A stretch of DNA of 64,000 bases from Acutalibacteraceae bacterium (GCA_045577815.1 JAZNJB010000006.1:10332-74331), one strand, 5' to 3'. Counted from the stretch's first letter, positions 7,473 to 16,606 are shown. Translations and numbers: made by a program. The notes: generated from the letters alone by a model not told the origin.

Positions 7473-8852
7473 ATGATTCATCAGTACAAGCAAGGTGGCT
7501 ATAACATTGTGCTTGATGTGTGTTCAGGCGCTATTCATGTTGTGGATGAAGTAGCTTACGACATTATTGCTATGTTTGAGAACAACAGCAAAGAAGAAGT
7601 TTTAAAAGCTATGGGTGAAAAGTATTCTCATCGGGAAGATATTACAGCTTCTGATATTGCTGAGTGTTATGCTCAGGTACAGAGCTTAAAGGATTCGGGA
7701 AAGCTTTTCGCACCTGACACTTTTGAAGCAATGGCAGGCACACTCAAGCAGAAAACGGCAGGTGTTGTTAAAGCTCTTTGCCTTCATATTGCTCACACCT
7801 GCAACCTTAACTGTGCATATTGCTTCGCGAGTCAGGGAAAATACAACGGTGAAAGAGATGTTATGAGCCTTGAAGTAGGCAAACGTGCCCTTGATTTTCT
7901 TATTGAAAATTCAGGCACTCGTCACAATCTTGAGGTTGACTTTTTCGGTGGCGAGCCACTTATGAATTTTCAGGTTGTTAAAGATTTGGTGGCATATGCA
8001 AGAAGCGTGGAAAAAGAGCATAATAAAAATTTCCGTTTCACTCTCACCACAAACGGTGTTTTAGTTGACGATGATGTTATTGAATTCGCAAACAAGGAAT
8101 GCAGTAATGTTGTTCTCAGCCTTGACGGACGAAAAGAAATCCACGACCATTACCGCGTAGACTATGCAGGCAACGGCAGTTGGGACAAAATAGTTCCCAA
8201 ATTCCAGAAATTTGTGGAAGCAAGAAACGGCAAAAACTACTATATGCGCGGTACATTTACTCACCGCAACCCTGATTTTCTCAAAGATATTCAGCAGATG
8301 CTGGATTTAGGCTTCAGCGAATTGAGTATGGAGCCTGTTGTATGCGCTCCCGGTGACCCCTCTGAGCTTACAGAAGAGGATTTGAAAATTGTAATGAAGC
8401 AGTATGAGGACCTTGCTGATTTAATGCTCCAAAGAGATAAAGAGGGCAAGCCCTTCACCTTCTACCACTATATGATTGACCTTACAGGCGGTCCTTGTAT
8501 CTACAAGCGCATTTCAGGCTGCGGAAGCGGAACGGAATACATGGCAGTTACCCCTTGGGGCGATTTATACCCCTGTCATCAGTTTGTAGGCGATGAAAAA
8601 TTCAAGTTAGGTAATGTGTGGGATGGTGTAACAAACAAGGAAATCCAAAGTGAGTTTGCCGCCTGCAATGTTTATGCTCACCCTGAATGCAAGGATTGCT
8701 GGGCAAGACTTTATTGCTCAGGCGGTTGCGCAGCTAATGCTTATCATGCAACAGGCTCTGTTACAGGTGTATACGAAAGCGGTTGCAAGCTTTTCCGCAA
8801 ACGTATGGAATGCGCTATTATGGTTGCAATTGCAAGAACTCTCGGTGAATGA
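7473..8852 (+). CDS. scfB: radical SAM/SPASM thioether-forming SCIFF peptide maturase
   Basis: 459 aa. CNLNCAYC radical-SAM cluster motif. Cys-rich C-terminal SPASM region (GCGSG..YPCHQF..CKDCWARLYCSGGC). Directly downstream of scfA. Confidence 0.9.
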   Translation: MIHQYKQGGYNIVLDVCSGAIHVVDEVAYDIIAMFENNSKEEVLKAMGEKYSHREDITASDIAECYAQVQSLKDSGKLFAPDTFEAMAGTLKQKTAGVVKALCLHIAHTCNLNCAYCFASQGKYNGERDVMSLEVGKRALDFLIENSGTRHNLEVDFFGGEPLMNFQVVKDLVAYARSVEKEHNKNFRFTLTTNGVLVDDDVIEFANKECSNVVLSLDGRKEIHDHYRVDYAGNGSWDKIVPKFQKFVEARNGKNYYMRGTFTHRNPDFLKDIQQMLDLGFSELSMEPVVCAPGDPSELTEEDLKIVMKQYEDLADLMLQRDKEGKPFTFYHYMIDLTGGPCIYKRISGCGSGTEYMAVTPWGDLYPCHQFVGDEKFKLGNVWDGVTNKEIQSEFAACNVYAHPECKDCWARLYCSGGCAANAYHATGSVTGVYESGCKLFRKRMECAIMVAIARTLGE

Positions 8853-10216
8853 TTATGGACACACCTATTTGTGATTTTGTGCGTCAGTACAAAGAAAAAG
8901 CCTCAACAAGAATGCATATGCCCGGTCACAAAGGCAAAAGCTTTTTAGGCTTTGAGAACCTTGATATAACTGAATTTGACGGAGCAGATGATTTATATCA
9001 CCCAACAGGTATAATTGCTGAAAGTGAAAAAAACGCTTCACAAATTTTCGGTTGCCCCACTTTTTATTCAACAGAAGGCTCATCTCAATGCATCCGTGCA
9101 ATGATGCACCTTATATGCCTTTATGCAAAAAAAATCGGAAGAAAACCGATTATTGCCGCAGGCAGAAACGCCCATAAAACCTTTATAAGCGCGGCGGCGT
9201 TATTGGATTTTGATATAATGTGGTTGTACCCACAAAAAGAGGAGAACTACCTTTCCTGCAATATCACACCCGATGAATTCGAAAAATTTCTTAAAGCAAC
9301 AGAAGAAAAGCCCGTTGCTTTGTATCTTACAAGTCCCGATTATCTTGGAAAAACTGCAGATATTGAAGGTCTTTCAAAGGTGTGCCATAAAAACGGAATT
9401 CTTTTGGTTACAGATAATGCTCACGGAGCATATCTGAAATTCCTCAAAAAATCCCAGCACCCTATGGATTTGGGTGCGGATTTGTGTTGCGATTCTGCCC
9501 ACAAAACTTTGCCTGTTGTTACTGGTGGTGCGTATCTTCATCTTTCAGACAAGGTTTCATTTTTTTCTTATGAAAACGTGAAAAATGCTCTGGCACTCTT
9601 CGGCTCAACGAGTCCGTCATACTTGATTTTGCAGTCCCTGGATTTCTGCAATTCTTATCTTGAAGGCTATAAAGAAAGGCTGATTTCTTTTTTACCTTTA
9701 ATTGCAGATATGAAGGCAAGGCTTGAAGAAAAGGGCTTCGTTTTTTACGGTGATGAACCGATGAAGCTGACATTTTCTGCAAAAGACTATGGCTATTCTG
9801 GTACAGAGCTTGCAGAAATTCTTTCCGAAAATAATGTTTTCTGCGAATTTTCGGACCCTGATTATGTTGTTTTAATGCCAACACCCGAAACAACAGAGGA
9901 AGAGCTTGAAAAAATCGAAATAGCTTTATCATCAATACCCAAAAGAGAGCCCGTAAAAACAACACCGCCGAAATTCACAAAGGCTCAGAAGGTTATAACA
10001 GTAAGAGAAGCAACTCTCTCCCCCTCAGAAATATTACCCATTTCAGAATGTGAGGGCAAAACTCTTTCAGCAGTAACAGTCGGCTGTCCCCCCGCAGTTC
10101 CCATTCTCGTTTGCGGTGAAAGGATAACCAAGGAAGCAATTGAGTGCTTCAGGTATTATGGAATAGATAGCTGTGATGTTGTGAATGCGGAATGCGGAAT
10201 GCGGAATGCGGAATGA
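8849..10216 (+). CDS. PLP-dependent Orn/Lys/Arg decarboxylase family protein (YaaO-like)
   Basis: MPGHKGK N-terminal motif and DSAHKTLP PLP-lysine motif. ATG 8849 overlaps the scfB stop (ATGA). Alternative ATG 8855 has a better GGTGA spacing. The last 11 codons come from a heptamer array. Confidence 0.85.
   Translation: MIMDTPICDFVRQYKEKASTRMHMPGHKGKSFLGFENLDITEFDGADDLYHPTGIIAESEKNASQIFGCPTFYSTEGSSQCIRAMMHLICLYAKKIGRKPIIAAGRNAHKTFISAAALLDFDIMWLYPQKEENYLSCNITPDEFEKFLKATEEKPVALYLTSPDYLGKTADIEGLSKVCHKNGILLVTDNAHGAYLKFLKKSQHPMDLGADLCCDSAHKTLPVVTGGAYLHLSDKVSFFSYENVKNALALFGSTSPSYLILQSLDFCNSYLEGYKERLISFLPLIADMKARLEEKGFVFYGDEPMKLTFSAKDYGYSGTELAEILSENNVFCEFSDPDYVVLMPTPETTEEELEKIEIALSSIPKREPVKTTPPKFTKAQKVITVREATLSPSEILPISECEGKTLSAVTVGCPPAVPILVCGERITKEAIECFRYYGIDSCDVVNAECGMRNAE
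10186..10213 (+). repeat. heptanucleotide tandem array TGCGGAA x4 forming the 3' end of the decarboxylase ORF
   Basis: Read directly. Followed immediately by the TGA stop at 10214-10216. Confidence 0.9.
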
Positions 10217-10242
10217 TATTGTTTTCTATATTAATTATAAAC

Positions 10243-10284
10243 AAAAAAATAAAGCAGGTAACTCAAATGAGTTATCTGCTTTAT
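10243..10284 (-). terminator. rho-independent terminator of tRNA-Pro
   Basis: AATAAAGCAGRTAACTC-loop-GAGTTAYCTGCTTTATT stem, followed on the minus strand by a T-run. Confidence 0.75.
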
Positions 10285-10360
10285 TGGTCTGAGTGAGAAG
10301 ACTTGAACTTCCGGCCTCTTGACCCCCAGTCAAGCGCGCTACCAACTGCGCCACACCCAG
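10285..10360 (-). tRNA. tRNA-Pro (anticodon GGG), CCA encoded
   Basis: The reverse complement folds as a cloverleaf: acceptor CTGGGTG/CACTCAG, D-stem GCGC, anticodon stem CTTGA/TCAAG with loop CTGGGGG, T-arm GGAAG-TTCAAGT-CTTCT, A73, CCA. C1:G72 is typical of tRNA-Pro. Confidence 0.9.
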
Positions 10361-10372
10361 ATAGCGAAAGAT

Positions 10373-10401
10373 ATAATATCACATCATTTCACATTTTGCA
10401 A
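10373..10401 (-). promoter_or_regulatory. putative sigma-A promoter of tRNA-Pro
   Basis: Minus strand TTGCAA, 17-nt spacer, TATTAT, about 12 nt upstream of the tRNA 5' end. Confidence 0.5.
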
Positions 10402-10529
10402 GTGTTTTTTTAATATTTTTTAAATTTCTTTGTTTTTAATGAATAAAAGTAATGCCTGTGGTTATACCTCTTTTCAAAAAGAGAGGCAGGACCGCCATCA
10501 GCTTTATTGTTTTACTTTTGCTCTTTCTG

Positions 10530-10555
10530 CGGTACAGGCAAGCCTGTACCCTACA
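10530..10555 (-). repeat. GTAGGG-flanked 8-bp hairpin with CTTG loop (family 1, copy c)
   Basis: Reverse complement TGTAG GGTACAGG CTTG CCTGTACC G; a third stem sequence. Confidence 0.9.
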
Positions 10556-10572
10556 GGTTTAAAAGCTTCAAA

Positions 10573-11532
10573 TCATATTAAATCTATCTCAAACTCCACG
10601 AACTCACAATCGCCCTTTATGTACTCGCCTTTCATAAAGTTACGCACAACGAAGCGGATTTTATTGTCATAAACCTCTGCGATGTAGCCCATTCCGCAGG
10701 GCTTGATGCCGAAGTTATTTTCTTTTCTGTAGCCGGGAACGCTCAATGAGCAAACATTGTTTTCCTTGTTGAGATATTCGAAGGTTTTTTCATAAATACC
10801 ACCGTGTAGGTGTCCGTTTATGAAGATAACATTTTTATATTTCTCCATAACCGCTCTTACTTCGTCAGACTGCTCACCCATATCACCTGTTTTCCAAACC
10901 TCAGGAAGACCGTGAGTAAAAGCGAAAGCCTGATGACACATCACGAAAACGGGTTTACCGTCCTTTGTACCTCTTTGGAGCTCTTTATCAAGAAAATCCA
11001 TTTGTTCCTGTGTGATGTGCGCTTTTTCAAGAACACGCTTTTCAGTACCAATAACAATGAAAGTATAGCCATTTATATCGTAGGAATAAAAGCTTTTGCC
11101 GTTGGTATTGATTTTAAGGTATTCGTTCACCTTATCCATTATGATTTTCTGATTTTTTCCATAGGTAAAACGAACATCGTGGTTACCCATTGTAACAAAA
11201 TTATACGGAATAACCTTCTGATTATCAACTACTCTGAAAAATCTTTTATATTCCTTTTTCAAGCCATATTCTGCAATATCGCCCGCCATAAGGAAAGCAT
11301 CAATTTTTTCTTTAGAATTGCCTACATCTTCGAAAACATTGGCAAGATTCTTTTCAGCAATTTCGTTATCTATTAAGTGTGTATCTGCAATTGTTGCAAA
11401 AGAAAGCCTTACATTTTCACTGTCCTTAAATGTGATAGGCTCATCCTTTGAAACCTCATAAACAACATCGTATTTCGGGTTAACTGCCTTTAACTGTGCT
11501 TCCCATTTAACAATAAAAGTTTTTAATGACAT
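10573..11532 (-). CDS. metallophosphoesterase (calcineurin-like), cytoplasmic
   Basis: Motifs ADTHL, GDIAEYG, GNHD, CHQ, GHLHGG. Start placed at ATG 11532 (MSLKTF), served by GAGGAG embedded in the last codons of the upstream gene. Confidence 0.85.
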   Translation of the reverse strand: MSLKTFIVKWEAQLKAVNPKYDVVYEVSKDEPITFKDSENVRLSFATIADTHLIDNEIAEKNLANVFEDVGNSKEKIDAFLMAGDIAEYGLKKEYKRFFRVVDNQKVIPYNFVTMGNHDVRFTYGKNQKIIMDKVNEYLKINTNGKSFYSYDINGYTFIVIGTEKRVLEKAHITQEQMDFLDKELQRGTKDGKPVFVMCHQAFAFTHGLPEVWKTGDMGEQSDEVRAVMEKYKNVIFINGHLHGGIYEKTFEYLNKENNVCSLSVPGYRKENNFGIKPCGMGYIAEVYDNKIRFVVRNFMKGEYIKGDCEFVEFEIDLI

Positions 11533-11536
11533 TTTT

Positions 11537-13612
11537 TTACTCCTCAATAATTCCTAAGAATCTGCCTAACCAATAAATGAAAATAAAGGACATACCGTTT
11601 TCATAGGTTGTTCCGTTTCCGCCATCAACCTTAAAGGCTCTCAGACCCAAGGTTGCAAAAGGTCTTTCATCCCAGGCGAAAGGTACTTTTATATGGGGCT
11701 CTTCATACCACTGAAGAGGCTCATAATCCATTTCGATATTTCGGCGCTTGCTGTTAATCATCACTCTGTTTTTCATATCCAAAGGATAATCCTTGAGTGC
11801 CTTAACGCAACTATCAACATCGCAGGGTGCACCTGTGAAGCCTTTATAAATAAATGCATAATAGGGGTTGCCTTCTATTTTTTCATATTCATAATGAGAA
11901 GCAAGTCCCATAAGAAGATACTGACGGATTGCAGGGTCCTTTTCAACAAGAAGATATGAAAGAGTATTAAGCATTGCAAGATTATCGTCAATGTGGCAGG
12001 AATGACCATCTGCTCTCTTATGATATGCTACATTTATAAGGAAATGGTGGTCTTTTATAAGGCTCTGATATTTCTCGTTATATCTTTCGTTACCTGACAT
12101 ATGGTAAGAAATCTTAAGGAAATTGAGCATTTCCAGAGAGTTAACGCCTTTTTCCCACATCCATGCATTATCAAGATTAAGAGCACTTTCATTCCAGCAA
12201 GCCCAGGATGTAGGCTTACCATCCTTATCAATAAGATAACCGTCATTATCTAAAATGTGGTCTGTAATATTACAAACTGCTTCGCAGATTTCTTTCTTTT
12301 CTTCCTCATCTGCACATAAATCATAGTAGAGGTAGAAGCCTGCATAATGACCTGTCATTTCATCACTTGATGTTTCACCAAGCCATTCATAGCTACCATC
12401 GGAAGAACGGTGCCACTCACAACCGGGGCGGTCGGATTCAAGGTTTGTTCCCCACCCTTCTTCATCAGGAAAGCGCACCGCACGAGCAGTAAAGCCTTTA
12501 ATTTCAGGAGCTCTTGTAAGGAAAAGCATAGCATCCTTTGTTCTTCTTGCGGCTTCGAGCACATCTTCATCCTTTGTAACTGCATACCACATTGCAAGAC
12601 CTGCAAGGTATGAATGAGTCCAAAGTCCGTCATTATCGGTAGGATGTGAACAATCCTTACCATCAAGAGATTTTACCCATGTAACAAAACCGGGCTTTCT
12701 GGGGAAATACTTTTCTGTATTTTCAAAAAGAATTCTCGATTTTTCTTCGAGAGTCATAAGCTTTTCACTTATTTTAACAACGCCACCCTCGGAAGCGGTG
12801 TAAAGCACATCACCGCAACAAGCAAGGGCTGTTACTTTGGTATCAAAAGCATAACGGGTTGCAGGTAAATATTTTGCAAGTCCGTTTTTAATATGTACTG
12901 CACCTGCATCTGTGCCAAGAAGGAAGCTACCGTCATCACAAACGCAGATTGAATAAACGCTTTCCTCAGGTAAAACGGGAATTTCCTTTTTACCTACCCA
13001 ATTGCTTTTATAGTCATATATGAAAAGACCCTCGTCAGCACCAACAAGCAAATAGCCTGTTTTATCAAATGCAATTACATTGATATGAATTTCAGGCATA
13101 GTGGAATATGCAGGAAAAATGCAACGCCAGGTTCTGCGCTTGCCTTCCATTCTCTGGAGGCAGGTTTTACTTGCAACGCAGAGCTTTTCACCCTGAACTG
13201 CAAGTGAAAGCTCATCCTGATCCATTTCCTGAAGCGTGAAAAAGCCTTCAGTCTTCTCAACATGAAGAGAATGCTGAGTGAGAACATAAAGCTCATTATC
13301 ACCGCACAAATCAACAATCGGAAACTCGAATTCGGCAAATTTATTTGCACCATTATCGGTTATTTCATAAAGAACCTTATCAAGAGAAGCAAAAACTCTA
13401 CCTTTTTTATCGCAATAAACTTTGGAAAAAATATCATCGGAGAAAAGCTTGTTCCATTCTCCGTCCTTCAAACGGCAAAGTCCGTTTTCCGAGCAGGCAT
13501 AAATATCTCCGTTCTGTGCAATTGCAATTGAAGATATCTTTCCCGGAAGTTCAAAATGCTCTGTTATTCTTTGATTATATTCACCAATTCTGAGTTTTTC
13601 CAATTGTAACAC
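11537..13612 (-). CDS. uncharacterised protein: N-terminal beta-propeller-like repeats plus C-terminal (alpha/alpha)6-barrel-like region
   Basis: 691-aa ORF with no ATG near the 5' end (GTG 13612 or TTG 13603). Repeated G(D/S)hhhhh..GL motifs in the first 300 aa or so. The W/Y-rich helical C-terminal half resembles six-hairpin glycosidases. No signal peptide. Confidence 0.6.
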   Translation of the reverse strand: MLQLEKLRIGEYNQRITEHFELPGKISSIAIAQNGDIYACSENGLCRLKDGEWNKLFSDDIFSKVYCDKKGRVFASLDKVLYEITDNGANKFAEFEFPIVDLCGDNELYVLTQHSLHVEKTEGFFTLQEMDQDELSLAVQGEKLCVASKTCLQRMEGKRRTWRCIFPAYSTMPEIHINVIAFDKTGYLLVGADEGLFIYDYKSNWVGKKEIPVLPEESVYSICVCDDGSFLLGTDAGAVHIKNGLAKYLPATRYAFDTKVTALACCGDVLYTASEGGVVKISEKLMTLEEKSRILFENTEKYFPRKPGFVTWVKSLDGKDCSHPTDNDGLWTHSYLAGLAMWYAVTKDEDVLEAARRTKDAMLFLTRAPEIKGFTARAVRFPDEEGWGTNLESDRPGCEWHRSSDGSYEWLGETSSDEMTGHYAGFYLYYDLCADEEEKKEICEAVCNITDHILDNDGYLIDKDGKPTSWACWNESALNLDNAWMWEKGVNSLEMLNFLKISYHMSGNERYNEKYQSLIKDHHFLINVAYHKRADGHSCHIDDNLAMLNTLSYLLVEKDPAIRQYLLMGLASHYEYEKIEGNPYYAFIYKGFTGAPCDVDSCVKALKDYPLDMKNRVMINSKRRNIEMDYEPLQWYEEPHIKVPFAWDERPFATLGLRAFKVDGGNGTTYENGMSFIFIYWLGRFLGIIEE

Positions 13613-13617
13613 ACCTT

Positions 13618-15390
13618 TTAGTATTTCAATTTTTCGTTAGCTGCCTTCATAACCTCAGGAGTAATTTTGATAACCTCGCGGTCATAGGTAAGAAGACCGT
13701 TGCATTCGTCTTCAACGTCGCTGACCTCTGTATAAATAATTGCAGAAAGGCCTTTATTTACCATACAGTTGTAAATTCTGTTTTCGTAAAGATTTTTGAT
13801 AGCCTTGTCAAAGCTTTCCTGATTATAGTATTTTCTGTAACCGAAGAACTTATCTTTATTAAAGCTATGGTCTTTGAACTGCATTGAATAGCCACCAAAC
13901 TCTGTAAGAGCAATGGGGCGTTCATCGTTTTTGTCATATTTGGGGAACATAAATGGAGTGAAATAGATATGGAAGCTATTCACATCACCTGAACCATGGT
14001 CAACCCAACCACTTGCGTGGTCAACAAGGCGTGTGGGGTCTTTTTCTTTATAGAATGCACAAGCCTTTGCACTATCAAACTGACCCCAACCCTCATTCAT
14101 AGGAGTCCAGAGAGCAAGAGAGGTAACATTATAAAGAAGCTCAATCATTTTTTCGGAATCCTCGTAGAATTCCTTTCTGCCCTCTTCATCCTGACGGGCA
14201 AAATATCTGTAATGCTTAGGTCCGTCAGAAACCTTACCGATATGCTTATTGTTGAAAATCATTGCTAAAGCAGGAGCAGTACCGATAGCCATAAAGTTAT
14301 ATGCACCGCCACCGTTAATCATATCCTGCCATACAATCATACCAAGTCTGTCACAATGGTAATACCAACGAAGAGGTTCAATTTTAATATGCTTTCTCAA
14401 GGTATTGAAGCCTAAATCCTTCATTGTCTGAATATCATAAATAAGTGCTTCATCAGAGGGAGCAGTATACATACCGTCACTCCAATAGCCCTGGTCAAGA
14501 AGACCATTATAGAAATATGGCTTATTGTTAAGCATAAGTCTTGAAACGCCTTCGCTATCCTTACCTACGCTATATTTTCTCATACCAAAGTAGCTGTCAA
14601 CCCTGTCATTACCTGCAGCAATTTTAAGGTCGTAAAGATAGGGGTTTTCAGGACTCCAGAGCTCATAATCAGTAAGCTTGATTGTACCCTTTCCGTTTAC
14701 AAGCTTAACTGCGCCCTTAACCTCACCCTTATCCATAACAACAGCTGCCATTTCGTCCTCAGGCTTGCCGTTATAGTTGATTTCAATATTGATTTCGTCA
14801 TTATCGATATCGGGTGTGAGCTTGATATTTTCAATATATCCCTCGCAAACCTCTTCAAGCCATACAGTCTGCCATATACCTGACTGAGGTGTGTACCATA
14901 TGCCTCCACGCTTAAAGGTCTGCTTACCTCTTGCCTGATGACCCTCTGTTGTAGGGTCTGTTACAGTAAGTCTCAAATCATTTTCACCATCAAGAATAAG
15001 AGCAGTAACATCAAAAGTAAACGGCAGATAGCCACCCTTATGAGTACCTACAACGCTATTGTTAAGAGTTACTGTGCATTCATAGTCAACTGCACCGAAA
15101 TGAAGGAGAACTCTGTGATTTGTTCTTTTAAATTCAAAAGTTTTCTGATAATAGAGAACATCTGTGGGCTGAACCATTTTTTCAACGCCACTTAAAATAC
15201 ATTCAGGGCTGAAGGGCACCGTAATCTTACCCTGATAGCCATTGAATTTTTTAAACCGGTCAAGAATTGCATAGTTCCATTCACCATTAAGATTAATGAA
15301 GCTATCGCGTTTCATCTGGGGTCTGGGATAATCGTTGAGGGGTAATTCTTTATTGAGAGTTTTGCCCCATCTTGTAAGTAATCTTTCCAT
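13618..15390 (-). CDS. glycoside hydrolase family 2 protein
   Basis: GGYLPFTFDVT, WSPENPYLYDL and NTLRKHIKIEP..IVWQDM motifs of GH2 sugar-binding/Ig/TIM domains. ATG 15390 preferred (GGAG 6 nt upstream) over TTG 15402. Confidence 0.85.
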   Translation of the reverse strand: MERLLTRWGKTLNKELPLNDYPRPQMKRDSFINLNGEWNYAILDRFKKFNGYQGKITVPFSPECILSGVEKMVQPTDVLYYQKTFEFKRTNHRVLLHFGAVDYECTVTLNNSVVGTHKGGYLPFTFDVTALILDGENDLRLTVTDPTTEGHQARGKQTFKRGGIWYTPQSGIWQTVWLEEVCEGYIENIKLTPDIDNDEINIEINYNGKPEDEMAAVVMDKGEVKGAVKLVNGKGTIKLTDYELWSPENPYLYDLKIAAGNDRVDSYFGMRKYSVGKDSEGVSRLMLNNKPYFYNGLLDQGYWSDGMYTAPSDEALIYDIQTMKDLGFNTLRKHIKIEPLRWYYHCDRLGMIVWQDMINGGGAYNFMAIGTAPALAMIFNNKHIGKVSDGPKHYRYFARQDEEGRKEFYEDSEKMIELLYNVTSLALWTPMNEGWGQFDSAKACAFYKEKDPTRLVDHASGWVDHGSGDVNSFHIYFTPFMFPKYDKNDERPIALTEFGGYSMQFKDHSFNKDKFFGYRKYYNQESFDKAIKNLYENRIYNCMVNKGLSAIIYTEVSDVEDECNGLLTYDREVIKITPEVMKAANEKLKY

Positions 15391-15568
15391 AATATACTCC
15401 AAATTTTCAATTTTTTTGTTGCATAGATAAGCTTATAATATCATAACATTGTACATTTTTCAATAATATAGTTCTTCATTTTTTACCAAAGTATTACAAA
15501 TTATCGTTGACGAAACATAGTTTAGGTGATATAATCATATAAAAATATAATGAAAAGGTAGGGTCTTT

Positions 15569-16606
15569 ATGGAATACATAGCAGGCTTATTTCAGGAAAT
15601 TGCAGCACTCTTTTTATCAATCTTAACCTTATTCGGCGGTGTTATCTCACCCGCAACAGGTGATGTCCTCAGAAACTTCTCTGACGATGTTAACATGGAC
15701 TTCGTTGTTACAGGTGACACTCAGGTTTGTGACTATATGCCTGAGCGTGAAGCAAATCTTATTTCTTTCTCAGAAGATATGATGAACTCCGACATTGATC
15801 TTGATGCATTTATCATTGCAGGTGATATTGCAGAAAATGGTATGCAGGAGGAGTTTGACAGAGTTGCAAGTCATATTGCAGGCTTCAACACAGAAAACTT
15901 CATTATGTGCACAGGTAACCACGATATCCGTATGCGTGAATTTGAGCAGTCAAAAGAACGTTTCCTTGGCTTTATGAACAGCCTTAACGCTGAAGAAAAC
16001 GCACAGGAAGAGGTTTATTACAAATATATGGTTGGCGATTATACCTTCCTCGTAATGGGTTCTGAAGAAGGCAGATTTGAAGATGCTTATATCAGCAGTG
16101 CTCAGTTACAGTGGCTTAATGTTGAACTCAAGAAAGCTACAAAAAAGGGCAACCCCGTATTCGTTATTTGCCACTATCCTCTTGCAGAGGGTCATGGTCT
16201 TCCTAACACATGGGGTTCTGCAAACAGTGGTGCAGGCGATGAATCTCTTCCCATATACCAGCGTAAAGACAGCTATGATATGACAGGCTGTATCGGTGAC
16301 CAGACAAACGATGTTTACGATATCCTTGTAAAATATGAAAACGTTTTCTTTATCACAGGTCACCTTCACACAGGCTTTGGTAAATACACCTATGAAACAC
16401 TCAACAAGAAAAAGAACGTTCAGGCTATTAACGTTCCCTCTGTTGGTATCGACAACAAAGATGGCGTTTACAACAACCCCGGCACAGGCTTCTTTGTAGA
16501 GGTTACAGATTATGATGTTACCTTCTATGCAAGAGACTTCAGAAACGGTAAATTCCTTTCAACAGAAGATTGGTCAAAGGCTGTAATGACATTTGAACTT
16601 AACTAA
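15569..16606 (+). CDS. metallophosphoesterase paralog with N-terminal hydrophobic anchor/signal
   Basis: Motifs GDTQ, IIAGDIAENG, GNHDIR, ICHYPL, GHLHTGF are colinear with the 10573..11532 protein. Hydrophobic N-terminus IAALFLSILTLFGGVI. Confidence 0.85.
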   Translation: MEYIAGLFQEIAALFLSILTLFGGVISPATGDVLRNFSDDVNMDFVVTGDTQVCDYMPEREANLISFSEDMMNSDIDLDAFIIAGDIAENGMQEEFDRVASHIAGFNTENFIMCTGNHDIRMREFEQSKERFLGFMNSLNAEENAQEEVYYKYMVGDYTFLVMGSEEGRFEDAYISSAQLQWLNVELKKATKKGNPVFVICHYPLAEGHGLPNTWGSANSGAGDESLPIYQRKDSYDMTGCIGDQTNDVYDILVKYENVFFITGHLHTGFGKYTYETLNKKKNVQAINVPSVGIDNKDGVYNNPGTGFFVEVTDYDVTFYARDFRNGKFLSTEDWSKAVMTFELN

